Shown here: in pieces, positions 37,827 through 48,572 of the stretch
How the letters are laid out: every line of letters begins with the position of its first letter
Position numbering within the stretch: position 1 is the first letter of the stretch
Assembly (NCBI GenBank): GCA_029218465.1
Contig: JAQXRJ010000069.1
Coordinates: 1 to 52,315, forward strand
Length of the DNA: 52,315 bases
Source of the DNA: a bacterium
GTDB lineage: Bacteria > Bacillota_I > Bacilli_A > RF39 > UBA660
Reading direction: 5' to 3'
Translations under genes and position numbers: made by a program
The notes under the pieces: model-generated
The model's input: the letters and a program-made list of their open reading frames with translations, nothing else
Told to the model about the DNA's origin: nothing
Databases searched by the model: none

Positions 37827-38577
37827 ACATGGCATAATATTCTTCGAATGTTATGTCATGTTTTTTCATATATGAAGAAATTTCAATGCCAACATATCTA
37901 TAATGCCAAGATTCAAAAGTATATCCAGTTATGTATTCTTTTTCTTTAGGGTATCGAAGTATAAAACCATATTTATATGCATTATCTATCATCCATTTGT
38001 ATTCAGCTGTCTTTTCAAAGTCTGTATAAGGTAAAATTCCATTGCTAACATCAACTGCAAGTCCTGTTTGATGTTCTGAATATCCTGGTCTTGCTGAATA
38101 GGTATCAGCATTTTGAATGCCATCTAATTTTACATAACTATTATATATTTTTGATTGATAGCTATAGCTTCTATATCCTGATATTGCAACTATATTAAGT
38201 TTGCTTTTTAAAGCCTCTTTTTTTAAATTATTAAAAGCAATACTTGCAACTTCTTGCATACTGGTATAATCAATATTAACTAAATTATTTGGTGTATATT
38301 CTTTATTCAAATAATTATACTTATTAACAAGTACATAAGTAGTATCTATATTATTTGATAAAGCTGTATTGTTGTAAAATGGCCTATATATACCAATATT
38401 CACTTCATTAATTATAGTGTAATTACTTTTGTTGCTATTTCTTTTTTTATATTCAATGTACCTTTCTTTGTTATATTCTTTATAAAATGGAAGCTTACTA
38501 AATTCGTTAGAAACTTCTTTTGAACATCCTAAAAATATAAAAAATAAAATAATTATTATCGTTATTATTTTCCTCAA
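37816..38577 (-). CDS. M15B (VanY/LdcB-like) carboxypeptidase lipoprotein
   Basis: FLGC lipobox; SGYRSY..Q, SARPGYSEHQTGLAVD, ESWHYRYVG; TTG start after GAGGTG. Confidence 0.9.
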   Translation of the reverse strand: MRKIITIIIILFFIFLGCSKEVSNEFSKLPFYKEYNKERYIEYKKRNSNKSNYTIINEVNIGIYRPFYNNTALSNNIDTTYVLVNKYNYLNKEYTPNNLVNIDYTSMQEVASIAFNNLKKEALKSKLNIVAISGYRSYSYQSKIYNSYVKLDGIQNADTYSARPGYSEHQTGLAVDVSNGILPYTDFEKTAEYKWMIDNAYKYGFILRYPKEKEYITGYTFESWHYRYVGIEISSYMKKHDITFEEYYAMFIE

Positions 38578-38656
38578 AAGGTTCACCTCAATTAATATTA
38601 TGTCCAATTTTGTTATATATTTTAAAAAATATTCATATTAATTAATAGGTGAATTT

Positions 38657-39802
38657 ATGAAAAAGTTGTTTTTATTTATGTTTTTATTATTTGTATTTTG
38701 TACTAGAGTAAGTGCTGAAGATAATATTATTCCAAATGCTAAGAGCGGAGTATTAATGGAGGCATCAAGTGGTACAATTTTATTTGAAAAAAATAAAGAT
38801 GATAAAATGGCAGTTGCATCAATGACAAAGATGATTGCTCAAATAATAATATTAGAGAATATAGAAAATGGTAATTTAAGTTGGGATGAAGTTGTAACTG
38901 CAAGTTCTAATGCATCAGGAATGGGCGGTTCTCAAATATATTTGCAAACTGGTGAAAAAATGACAGTAAGAGACTTAATGAAAGGCATAACTATGGCAAG
39001 TGCAAATGATGCAACTGTTGCTATGGCTGAGAGAATTTCAGGAACAGAAGAAGCTTTTGTTAAACTAATGAATGAAAAAGCTAAAAGCATAGGTCTGAAA
39101 AACACAGTCTTTAAAAATTGTACGGGACTTGATGAAGAAGGACATTATTCAACTGCTTACGATATGGCATTAATTGCTAAAGAATTGATAAGTCATGAAA
39201 AAATATTTGAATTTTCATCGATATATGAAGACTATTTAAGAATAGATACTCAGAATAAATTTTGGCTTGTTAATACAAATAAATTAGTAAGATTTTACGA
39301 AGGAGCAGATGGATTAAAAACAGGATTTACTGATAATGCTAAATATTGTATGGCAGTAACTGCTAAAAGAGATAATATGAGACTTATTGCTATAGTATTA
39401 GGAGAAAACAGTGGTAAGGTAAGAAATGCTGAAACAATGGAACTATTAGATTATGGATATAATTTATATAAAGTAGATTTAGTTAAGTCAAAAGATGATA
39501 AAGTTGGTACAATAAAGATAGATAAAGCATCAAAAAAAGAAATAGATGTATATCCAAAAGAAGATATAACTATTCTTGGAAAGAAGTCAGATGTTAGTAT
39601 AAATTATGATATAGAATTAAAGCAAATTGATTTTAAGATACCTTTAAAAAAAGGTTCTAAAGTTGGAACAATAATGGTAAAAAACGGTAATAAAAAAATA
39701 AAAGAAGTTGATGCTATTATAAATGAAGACATAATGAAGTTAGGATTGATAAAATTAATACTTAATACAATGTCAGATATTTTAAGTGGAAATTTATTAT
39801 AA
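38657..39802 (+). CDS. dacF: S11 D-Ala-D-Ala carboxypeptidase, DacF-like
   Basis: ASMTK, SAN, KTG; MGGSQIYL and WLVNTNKLVRFYEGADGLKTG resemble DacF. Confidence 0.8.
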   Translation: MKKLFLFMFLLFVFCTRVSAEDNIIPNAKSGVLMEASSGTILFEKNKDDKMAVASMTKMIAQIIILENIENGNLSWDEVVTASSNASGMGGSQIYLQTGEKMTVRDLMKGITMASANDATVAMAERISGTEEAFVKLMNEKAKSIGLKNTVFKNCTGLDEEGHYSTAYDMALIAKELISHEKIFEFSSIYEDYLRIDTQNKFWLVNTNKLVRFYEGADGLKTGFTDNAKYCMAVTAKRDNMRLIAIVLGENSGKVRNAETMELLDYGYNLYKVDLVKSKDDKVGTIKIDKASKKEIDVYPKEDITILGKKSDVSINYDIELKQIDFKIPLKKGSKVGTIMVKNGNKKIKEVDAIINEDIMKLGLIKLILNTMSDILSGNLL

Positions 39803-39814
39803 TTATAATAATGA

Positions 39815-39849
39815 ATGAGCATATAAAAAAATATGTTTCATTTTTTTTT
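39815..39849 (+). terminator. Terminator after the dacF-like gene
   Basis: atgagcatat-aaaaaa-atatgtttcat followed by a T run. Confidence 0.6.
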
Positions 39850-39960
39850 GAAAATTTGATAATAATTGTTATAGACAATAGTAAACTTAAATGAAAATAT
39901 TGATAAATATGACTATTTATGGTATTATCTAAAACGTTAACTTTTTTAAGAGGTGATAAT

Positions 39961-42900
39961 ATGCTAGAGATTAAAAACGTTTCAAAAGTATATGAAACAG
40001 AAGATTTAAAGCAAATAGCATTAGATAAAGTAAGTATTAATTTTAGAGAATGTGAGTTTACAGCAATACTTGGACCATCTGGTTCTGGAAAAACAACATT
40101 ATTAAATATAATTGGAGGACTTGATCACTATACGTCTGGAGATTTGATTATTAATGAAATAAGCACAAAAAAATATAAGGATTCAGACTGGGATAGTTAT
40201 AGAAATCATAGAATCGGATTTGTATTTCAAAACTACAATTTAATAGGACATCAAACTATTTTATCAAATGTTTTACTTGCATTAAAATTATCAGGAATCT
40301 CCAAAAAAGAAGCAACAAATCTTGCTAAAAAAGCTTTAAAAGATGTTGGACTTGAAAAACATATTAATAAAAGACCAAATCAATTATCTGGTGGTCAAAT
40401 GCAAAGAGTTGCAATAGCAAGAGCTCTTGTAAATAATCCAGATATATTATTAGCAGATGAACCAACAGGAGCATTAGATTCTGAAACAAGCGTACAAATA
40501 ATGAATTTATTGAAGAAAATATCAAAAGATAAACTTGTAATAATGGTTACACATAATCCAGAACTTGCTCACGAATATTCTAATAGAATTATAACATTAA
40601 AAGATGGAAAAATAACATCAGATACTAATCCATATGACGGAAAAAAAGAATCCAAAAAGATGAAGAAAGACAAAAAAGATAAAATTGAAAAAACATCAAT
40701 GTCATTTAAAACTGCACTAGGATTATCTTTTAATAACTTAATGACAAAAAAAGGAAGAACTATATTAGTCTCATTTGCAGGTTCAATTGGAATAATAGGA
40801 ATTGCACTTATATTATCTTTATCTACAGGATTTCAAAATTATATAAATAAAATACAAGAAGATACATTATCATCATATCCACTTACTATTACACAAGAAT
40901 CAACTGATATTACTGGAATGCTTTTATCTATGACAACTGGAAATAATGAAAATAATGGAAGCAATAAAGTAATTGAACAACAATATATAACATCAATGTT
41001 TTCTAATATAAAAGCAAATGACTTAAAAAGCTTTAAAAAATATTTAGAAAATAATTATAATAACATCAAAAATGATATATCATCGATAAAATATTCTTAT
41101 AATATAGATCCATTAATTTATACTATTGATAGTGAAAACAACTTAGCTAAGGTAAATCCAAGTAGTTTATTCTCGGCAATATATGGCTCTAGTATGCTAA
41201 GCTCATACTCATCGCTTGCTTCTGTTTACACGCAAATTGTAGATGATAAAAAATCTTTAGAAGAATCATATGATGTTTTGGCTGGAAAATGGCCTGAAAA
41301 ATATAATGAAATGGTAGTAGTTTTATCAGAACCAAATAGTATTTCTGATTTACTTGTGTACTCTTTGGGACTAAGAGACAATAGAGAACTTACAAATATA
41401 ATTAATAAATTAATGACTGGTGAGGCAGTACAAATTAATAATGAACCACTTGAATTAACTTATGAAGATTTATTAGACGTAAATTTAAAACTTATTATGC
41501 CATCTGATACTTATAAATATAATAGTAAATATAAAATTTATGAAGATATGAGTGAAGATGAATCTTATATGAGAAATTTATATAAAAACGCTGTCGACTT
41601 AAAAATAGTAGGAGTAGTTACCTCTAAGCCAGGGGTAACATCATTGGCATTAAATCCTGGTGTTGCATATACATCTGATTTAATAGATTACATAATTGAT
41701 TATGCACAAGATAGTGAAATAGTAAAAAAACAACTAGAAAATGAAGAAATAGATGTATTTTCTAACACAAGATTTGATTCTAAAAATTCTAAGTCAAATC
41801 TAGATTTTTCCAAATTAGTAAGCGTTGATCAAAATAAATTAAAATCAGCTTTCAATATGGATATTAGTAAAGAAAAACTTGTAAGTATGACCTCTTTATA
41901 TATGGAAGAAATTAATAATGCAATAACAACCGATTTGACACCTGCGAAAGATTCTTTTAATAGCAATTTTATAAGTCTTTCTAAGGGAATGTTTGATAGT
42001 ATAAAAGACAAAGTAAGTATGAGTGATGCTGAAAATGTAGTAAATAGTTATTTAAACTTAAAGCAGACAAAAAATATACTATCAAAATTAGAAAAAGAAT
42101 ATGTATTGCCAAGTGAAACGTTTAAAACAACATATAAAGGTTTACTACAGGGACTTCTTCAAACATACATAAGTGCATATTATATGTTTGATCAATCCTT
42201 AACAGAAGATATTAACAACATAACTGCCGTAGTTAATGATGAAATCGTCAATACTGTTTTGTCTTCTTATATGGATAATACCGCCATTATGGGTACTAGT
42301 GAAACAATGGCTAAATATATGACTGAAGCATTAATGAAAAAGACTATTTTAACAAAAGTAGGAGAAATGACAACAAAATTAACAGAAACAATTGCATCAT
42401 CTTTAAAAGTTGATGAAAAAATAATTGCAAGTGCATTTAAAATAAATATAAATGAATCTGAATTGTCAAGAGTAATGAATACAATGATGACTAACACAGA
42501 CTCAAATGCAACAGTTAATTTAAGTTCTTTAGGATATCAAGATAAAGATGAACCAACTTATATTTCATTTTATTTCAATAGTTTTGATGGCAAAGAAAAA
42601 TTCTTATCATTTATAGATTCGTATAACGATTTAATGAAAAGTGATAATAATGAAGATAAAGTAATCAATTATTCAGACACAACAGGAATACTAATGGATT
42701 CAGTTAAAACAATAGTAAATGCAGTTACTTATGTGTTAATAGCATTTGTATCAGTATCACTTGTGGTATCTTCTATTATGATAGGTATAATAACTTATAT
42801 ATCAGTGTATGAAAGAACAAAAGAAATAGGTATATTAAGAGCAATAGGAGCATCGAAACATAATATTTCATCTATATTTAATGCTGAAACTTTTATAATT

Positions 42901-43128
42901 GGATTATTATCAGGTGCAATAGGTATAGGAATAACTTATTCAATAATACCTATAATAAATATTATAATTCACCACTTTATAGGAAATATTCCATTAAATG
43001 CAAAGTTTGGTGTAATTAGTGCAATCATACTTGTAGTTCTAAGCATTGTGTTAACTTTAATAGGAGGATTAATACCTTCTAGAAAAGCGTCAAAAAAAGA
43101 TCCTGTTGAGGCGTTAAGAAGTGAATAA
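39961..43128 (+). CDS. Fused ABC ATPase/FtsX-like permease (MacB-type) with a large extracytoplasmic domain
   Basis: GPSGSGKTT, LSGGQMQR, ADEPTGALD; ERTKEIGILRAIGA; DPVEALRSE; start moved to ATG after GAGGTG. Confidence 0.92.
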   Translation: MLEIKNVSKVYETEDLKQIALDKVSINFRECEFTAILGPSGSGKTTLLNIIGGLDHYTSGDLIINEISTKKYKDSDWDSYRNHRIGFVFQNYNLIGHQTILSNVLLALKLSGISKKEATNLAKKALKDVGLEKHINKRPNQLSGGQMQRVAIARALVNNPDILLADEPTGALDSETSVQIMNLLKKISKDKLVIMVTHNPELAHEYSNRIITLKDGKITSDTNPYDGKKESKKMKKDKKDKIEKTSMSFKTALGLSFNNLMTKKGRTILVSFAGSIGIIGIALILSLSTGFQNYINKIQEDTLSSYPLTITQESTDITGMLLSMTTGNNENNGSNKVIEQQYITSMFSNIKANDLKSFKKYLENNYNNIKNDISSIKYSYNIDPLIYTIDSENNLAKVNPSSLFSAIYGSSMLSSYSSLASVYTQIVDDKKSLEESYDVLAGKWPEKYNEMVVVLSEPNSISDLLVYSLGLRDNRELTNIINKLMTGEAVQINNEPLELTYEDLLDVNLKLIMPSDTYKYNSKYKIYEDMSEDESYMRNLYKNAVDLKIVGVVTSKPGVTSLALNPGVAYTSDLIDYIIDYAQDSEIVKKQLENEEIDVFSNTRFDSKNSKSNLDFSKLVSVDQNKLKSAFNMDISKEKLVSMTSLYMEEINNAITTDLTPAKDSFNSNFISLSKGMFDSIKDKVSMSDAENVVNSYLNLKQTKNILSKLEKEYVLPSETFKTTYKGLLQGLLQTYISAYYMFDQSLTEDINNITAVVNDEIVNTVLSSYMDNTAIMGTSETMAKYMTEALMKKTILTKVGEMTTKLTETIASSLKVDEKIIASAFKININESELSRVMNTMMTNTDSNATVNLSSLGYQDKDEPTYISFYFNSFDGKEKFLSFIDSYNDLMKSDNNEDKVINYSDTTGILMDSVKTIVNAVTYVLIAFVSVSLVVSSIMIGIITYISVYERTKEIGILRAIGASKHNISSIFNAETFIIGLLSGAIGIGITYSIIPIINIIIHHFIGNIPLNAKFGVISAIILVVLSIVLTLIGGLIPSRKASKKDPVEALRSE

Positions 43129-43220
43129 AATATTGTAATTAAAAACGAGATAAAATTTATTATCTCTTTTAATTTATGACAAAAAGTGATATAATCTTTG
43201 AAGAAAGAAGGTAAATAATT

Positions 43221-43832
43221 ATGAAAGACTTATTTAAAAAAGTATATACAGCTTCATTTATTTCATCAATGATGTTTTTAATATTTGGAATACTTTTAAT
43301 AATACAAACAGAAAGTGTAATCAAAACTATATCATTGTTTATAGGAACAATATTATTAGTAATAGGAATTTTTCCTATAGTGAATTATTTTAGAAATAGA
43401 ATGCATAATTTGCTATCAAATGCAGGTTTATTATATGGAATATTTAGTGTGGTGGCAGGTATTATAATTATAATTAATAGCAATCTTTTGGCAACTATAA
43501 TTCCTGTATTAACAGGAGTTTGGATGATAGTAAATAGTGTTAATAAAATACAACTTTCTATGCAACTAAGAGATAACAATATTGGTAGTTGGATTATATC
43601 GTTTATTTTTGCTATTATAATACTTATTTGTGGTTCATTTTTAATAATTAATCCACTAAGAGTGGCATTTTCAATCAGTAAAATGGTAGGAATAATAATA
43701 ACTATATATGCATTACTTGATATTTTAGATACAATATACATAAAAATAAAATCAAAAGAGATAAAAGATCAAATCATAGAGGTAGAAATAAATGAGTCTA
43801 GAAACAGTAAAAAAACATCTAAAGAAATATAA
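43221..43832 (+). CDS. DUF308/HdeD-like membrane protein
   Basis: 6 TM in two repeats with G.....P pattern. Confidence 0.75.
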   Translation: MKDLFKKVYTASFISSMMFLIFGILLIIQTESVIKTISLFIGTILLVIGIFPIVNYFRNRMHNLLSNAGLLYGIFSVVAGIIIIINSNLLATIIPVLTGVWMIVNSVNKIQLSMQLRDNNIGSWIISFIFAIIILICGSFLIINPLRVAFSISKMVGIIITIYALLDILDTIYIKIKSKEIKDQIIEVEINESRNSKKTSKEI

Positions 43833-44265
43833 AAAAGATAAAAAAATAATAATAGTTCAAGGTACTAGTGCAACTGTTCTTGAAGCAGCAAATGCACTTA
43901 ATATCGAAACTGATAATATTGCTAAAACACTTGCATTGAGTAATAACAATGGAGGATGTATTGTTGTTGTAGTTTCTGGAGATTCAAAATTAGATAATTT
44001 AAAATTTAAAAGTGAATTTGGATATAAACCACATATGTTATCCTATGAAGATACATACAAATTCACATCACATAAAGTAGGCGGTGTTTGCCCTTTTGGA
44101 CTTACAAATGTGGATGATGTTTATTTAGACGTATCACTAAAAAAACATGATAAAGTTTATCCTGCGTGTGGAACAGATAATTCTGCAATTGAATTAACAA
44201 TAGAAGAATTAGAAAAAATTACAAATTATAAAAAGTGGATAGATGTTTGCAAATATAAATCTTAA
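43792..44265 (+). CDS. YbaK/EbsC-family aminoacyl-tRNA deacylase
   Basis: SATV..AA.AL, IAKTL, GGVCPFG, YPACG. Confidence 0.9.
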   Translation: MSLETVKKHLKKYKKDKKIIIVQGTSATVLEAANALNIETDNIAKTLALSNNNGGCIVVVVSGDSKLDNLKFKSEFGYKPHMLSYEDTYKFTSHKVGGVCPFGLTNVDDVYLDVSLKKHDKVYPACGTDNSAIELTIEELEKITNYKKWIDVCKYKS

Positions 44266-44467
44266 AAATGTTGAATAAAATGAAAAAAATGTAAATAATA
44301 GTCGTATGCTATTATTTTTTTTATATCTTTGTTTAAATTTGAAAGAAATAAAATATATTAATAATTAATAATTATTAATGGTAATAAAAATTCACGTAAT
44401 AAAAATTTATTTTTGTTTTAATATTTATTTTTATATTTATAAATGATATAATTATAACAAAATAGAG

Positions 44468-46342
44468 GTGATTGATGTGTTTGCTAGTATTGGACTTACT
44501 ATATCAGGATTTGTTTTTACTACTGTTATTACAATTGTTTATTTTATAAAGAAGAAATATAGTAATGTTGAAAACAATATTTATAGATTTTTGCTTTTAT
44601 GGACATTGTTTTTACTTATATTAGAATTTGTATGTGTATATACAATGGCTAATAGAAATATTATTCCAATTATTAATGAATTATTGTGTAGGGGATTTAT
44701 ACTTGGCTGCATAATATGGTTTGTTTCTATAATTTTATATATGAGATGTGTTGTCTCTGATAAGAAATATAATAATTTTGATGAAGTGTTTGGAGAAAAA
44801 AATGCAATTTTCATTCTTGTTACTTCTTCTGTTTTGTTTTTTATATCATGTTTTTTTGATGTTTCATATACATCAGGTCCTGATAACAATTTTTACGTAA
44901 TTGGTGGAAAAGCGGTATATGTTTTATATGTTGTATTTGCATTTGTTGGTGTATATATGCTTAAAGTATTATTTAAAAATTTTTCTAAGGATATGCTTAT
45001 GAAAAAAATGCCTATATTAATGTTTTTAGTATTTTATTTTATATTAGGTGTAATACAATTGTTATATGCAGATTTAAACGATTTAACTTTCTTATTCTCT
45101 TTTTGTGTAGTATCTATGTATTTTACTCTTGAAAATCAAGATATCAAGCTTGCCGGTGAATTAAAAGTTGCCAAAGCAGAAGCCGAAAAAGCTGATCTTG
45201 CTAAAACTGAATTTTTATCTAAAATGTCTCATGAAATTCGTACTCCTATGAATACTATAATGGGGTTTAGCGAAGCACTTATGAATAAAAAAGATGTTAC
45301 AGAAAGTGAAATAAAAACAGATGTTAAAAACATTTATAACGCTGGTAAAAGTCTTCTTGAAATAATAAATAACATACTTATATTTTCTAGAATTGAATCA
45401 GGTAAAGAAAATGTTGAACATACAGAGTATTCAATATTTGATATAACAAATGAACTTGAAAGTTTTGTTCTTTCTAAGATAGATAAAAATAATGTTAAAT
45501 TTAGTATAAATATTGATCCAAAAATAAGTGCTAATTATATTGGTGATAAATTAAAAGTATATCGAATTTTACTTAATATTGTTAGTAACTCAACCAAATT
45601 TACATCTTCAGGAGAAATTTCTCTTAATATTAGTTGTAATAATAAAGATAATATTGGTAGATTGAAATTTGAAATAGTTGATACTGGTTTTGGTATGAAA
45701 AAAGAAGAACTTGATAAGTTGATGCTTAATTTTTCAGATAATACAGATATATCGTCAAACTTAAGTGGAACTGGTTTAGGTTTAGTGGTCGTTAAAAGAA
45801 TTATAGATATGATGGATGGGAGCATTGCTTTTGAAAGTGAATATGGTATAGGTACTAAATTTTTTGTTGAACTAGAACAAGGGATATCCGGAAAAGATAA
45901 GGTTGGAGATTTAAAGAAAATAAAGTCAATCAAAAAAGAAAAAGAATATTTTGATTGCTCTAAATACAGTATACTTATTGTTGATGATAATAAATTAAAT
46001 AGAAAAGTAACAGAAAGGCTATTAAAACCTTACAATATTAAAATTGATACTGCAGATAATGGAAGTGAATGTATCGAAAAAATAAAGTCTGGATATAAAT
46101 ACGATATAATATTTCTTGATCATTTAATGCCCGAACTAGATGGTATTGAGACAATACGAATCTTAAAAAAACTAGAATTAAAAGAATTGCCACCAATAGT
46201 AGCAATGACTGCAAATGTAGTAACAGAGGTTAAAGATACATATATAAAAGAAGGTTTCTCAGATTATTTAGCTAAACCTGTAGATATAAAAGATCTAAAT
46301 AAGTTATTAAAGAAATATTTTATGAAAAGGGGTGCTAAATAA
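44468..46342 (+). CDS. Multi-TM hybrid sensor histidine kinase 1 (HisKA-HATPase-REC)
   Basis: About 7 TM; MSHEIRTPMN, N box NIVSNSTKFT, DTGFGM, GTGLGL, REC VDDN/FLDHLMP/KP. Confidence 0.93.
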   Translation: MIDVFASIGLTISGFVFTTVITIVYFIKKKYSNVENNIYRFLLLWTLFLLILEFVCVYTMANRNIIPIINELLCRGFILGCIIWFVSIILYMRCVVSDKKYNNFDEVFGEKNAIFILVTSSVLFFISCFFDVSYTSGPDNNFYVIGGKAVYVLYVVFAFVGVYMLKVLFKNFSKDMLMKKMPILMFLVFYFILGVIQLLYADLNDLTFLFSFCVVSMYFTLENQDIKLAGELKVAKAEAEKADLAKTEFLSKMSHEIRTPMNTIMGFSEALMNKKDVTESEIKTDVKNIYNAGKSLLEIINNILIFSRIESGKENVEHTEYSIFDITNELESFVLSKIDKNNVKFSINIDPKISANYIGDKLKVYRILLNIVSNSTKFTSSGEISLNISCNNKDNIGRLKFEIVDTGFGMKKEELDKLMLNFSDNTDISSNLSGTGLGLVVVKRIIDMMDGSIAFESEYGIGTKFFVELEQGISGKDKVGDLKKIKSIKKEKEYFDCSKYSILIVDDNKLNRKVTERLLKPYNIKIDTADNGSECIEKIKSGYKYDIIFLDHLMPELDGIETIRILKKLELKELPPIVAMTANVVTEVKDTYIKEGFSDYLAKPVDIKDLNKLLKKYFMKRGAK

Positions 46343-48216
46343 TGCCAGGTAACATATTAATTTCAATTGGGGGATTATTTTTTGCAATATTAATGACAGT
46401 TGTATATTTTATAAAAGCAAAGCAAACTGGCATTGATAATAAATTATTTAAGCTATGTCTTATTACAGTAATATTTATCAGTATAACTGAACTAATTACT
46501 ATTCCAGTTTTATATTATTTACCTAATAATGTAATTCTTGGTAATTTTTGTGCGAGAACCAATCTGATTTTAACAGAAATTTGGATTATGATAATGGCAT
46601 GTTATTTGATGACACTTGGTAGAGCATATAAAGTTCAGAGTGTAATAGAATATTTTGAAAAAAGCAATGTGATACAAATAATTTTCTTTACATATATTGC
46701 GTTAATTGGTATTTCGATGTTTTTTCCATTACAAAATGTATCAAATAGTGATGGAGCATACATTTCGGGACCAGCTTTGTATTTTACATATGCACTTGCG
46801 ATAATTTCTCTTGTTATAACTATTGTTTTAGTTGCAAAAAGCAAAACTAGCTTACCAGAAGTTAAGATTACGCCAATAATAATTGGAATAATTGAAACCG
46901 TTTTATCAGCTACTATTCAACTCATGTTTCCTATGCAACTAATAATTACTGCAAGTTTTGTATTTAAGATGTATTTGCTTTATTTTATGTTTGAAAATCC
47001 TGATTTATATTTAATTAAGGAGTTAGAGCTTGCAAAAAAGAAAGCAGATGATTCTAATAAATCTAAAACAGATTTTTTATCTAATATGTCACATGAAATC
47101 AGAACTCCTATGAATGCTATACTAGGTTTTAGTGAAGGAATATTAAATGATAGTAAGTTTAACATTGAGAATGCTAGAAAAGATATTACAAATATTTATT
47201 CAGCAGGAAATAACTTATTAGAAATCATTAATAATATTCTTGATATTTCAAAAATTGAGACAGGTGAAGAAAAAATAGAGCTTAAGGAATATAGTGTTAG
47301 CTCCATTGTTTTAGAGTTAAAAAGTATAATAGAAGCAAGAATAACAGATAACAAAATTAAATTTATTACAGATATAGATTCTAAAATTCCATCTAAATTA
47401 TTAGGAGATAAGACAAAAATTTTCCAGGTTCTTCTAAATATTTTAAGTAATTCTGTTAAGTACACTGAAGTTGGACAAATAAAACTTACAATTAGAAGTG
47501 AGATTGTTGACAATAAATGTTTATTGAAATTTAAAATTTCCGATACTGGATATGGTATAAAAAAAGAAGATTATGATAAATTATTTGAAAAATTTTCTAG
47601 ACTTGAGATTGCTACTAAAAAAGAAATCGAAGGAACAGGACTTGGCCTTGTTATAACAAAGAGATTAGTAACTCTCATGGGAGGAAGAGTTTGGTTTGAA
47701 AGTGAATATGGAGCGGGCACTACTTTTTATGTTGAAATAAGTCAAAAAATAATAGATAAAAATCCTATTGGAGATATTCATGTAGAAAATACGATTAGAG
47801 ACGAACATGATTATTTAGACTGCAGTAGATTTAAAGCATTAATTGTTGATGATAATAAACTTAATTTAAAAGTTGCTGAAAAGGTTTTGTCAAATTATAA
47901 ATTTAAAATTTCAACATTACTAAGTGGTAAAGAATGTATTGATGAGATTAAACAAGGAAAAAAATATGATATAATATTTTTGGATCATATGATGCCCAAC
48001 ATGGATGGTATAGAAGTTCTTCATATTTTAAGAAAATTAGATGATTTTGATATTCCACCAGTAGTAGCTTTAACCGCAAATGCTATTACCGGAATGAAAG
48101 AAATGTATTTAAATGAAGGATTTGATGATTATTTATCTAAACCTATTAATACTAGTGAATTAGATAAATTAATTAATAAATATTTTGATGAAGGAGCGAA
48201 AAAAAAGAATGAATAA
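46342..48216 (+). CDS. Multi-TM hybrid sensor histidine kinase 2 (HisKA-HATPase-REC)
   Basis: About 7 TM; MSHEIRTPMN, NILSNSVKYT, DTGYGI, LFEKF, GTGLGL, REC FLDHMMP. Confidence 0.93.
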   Translation: MPGNILISIGGLFFAILMTVVYFIKAKQTGIDNKLFKLCLITVIFISITELITIPVLYYLPNNVILGNFCARTNLILTEIWIMIMACYLMTLGRAYKVQSVIEYFEKSNVIQIIFFTYIALIGISMFFPLQNVSNSDGAYISGPALYFTYALAIISLVITIVLVAKSKTSLPEVKITPIIIGIIETVLSATIQLMFPMQLIITASFVFKMYLLYFMFENPDLYLIKELELAKKKADDSNKSKTDFLSNMSHEIRTPMNAILGFSEGILNDSKFNIENARKDITNIYSAGNNLLEIINNILDISKIETGEEKIELKEYSVSSIVLELKSIIEARITDNKIKFITDIDSKIPSKLLGDKTKIFQVLLNILSNSVKYTEVGQIKLTIRSEIVDNKCLLKFKISDTGYGIKKEDYDKLFEKFSRLEIATKKEIEGTGLGLVITKRLVTLMGGRVWFESEYGAGTTFYVEISQKIIDKNPIGDIHVENTIRDEHDYLDCSRFKALIVDDNKLNLKVAEKVLSNYKFKISTLLSGKECIDEIKQGKKYDIIFLDHMMPNMDGIEVLHILRKLDDFDIPPVVALTANAITGMKEMYLNEGFDDYLSKPINTSELDKLINKYFDEGAKKKNE

Positions 48217-48562
48217 CATTGAATTTTTAAAACAAAATGGATTTAATATTGATCAGGCTTTGTCTTATCTAGGTGATATAGAAACATTTAATGAAATTTT
48301 AAAAGATTTCTATGATGGACTTGATGATCAAGTAAATGAATTACTAAGTAAAAAAGACGATATGCCTAATTATGCAATACTTGTACATGCTTTAAAAAGC
48401 AATTGTAGATCACTTGGTATAATAAGATATGCTGATATTTGCTATGAAGAAGAATTAAAAAGTAAAGAGGGAGACTCTGAATTTATTTTAGAACATTGTT
48501 CTAAAATAGTTGAGGAAAAAGAAAAAGTAAAAAATATTATTAAAACATACCTAGGATTATAG
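48209..48562 (+). CDS. Stand-alone Hpt phosphotransfer protein
   Basis: YAILVHALKSNCRSLG motif; start moved to ATG 48209 after AAGGAG. Confidence 0.88.
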   Translation: MNNIEFLKQNGFNIDQALSYLGDIETFNEILKDFYDGLDDQVNELLSKKDDMPNYAILVHALKSNCRSLGIIRYADICYEEELKSKEGDSEFILEHCSKIVEEKEKVKNIIKTYLGL

Positions 48563-48572
48563 GAGGAATAAC

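Noticed and set aside
37816-38577. Vancomycin-resistance cluster (VanY-like gene plus ddl)
   Set aside because: No vanH/vanX/vanRS nearby; ddl is about 28 kb away and keeps the KY omega-loop Tyr typical of D-Ala-D-Ala ligases.
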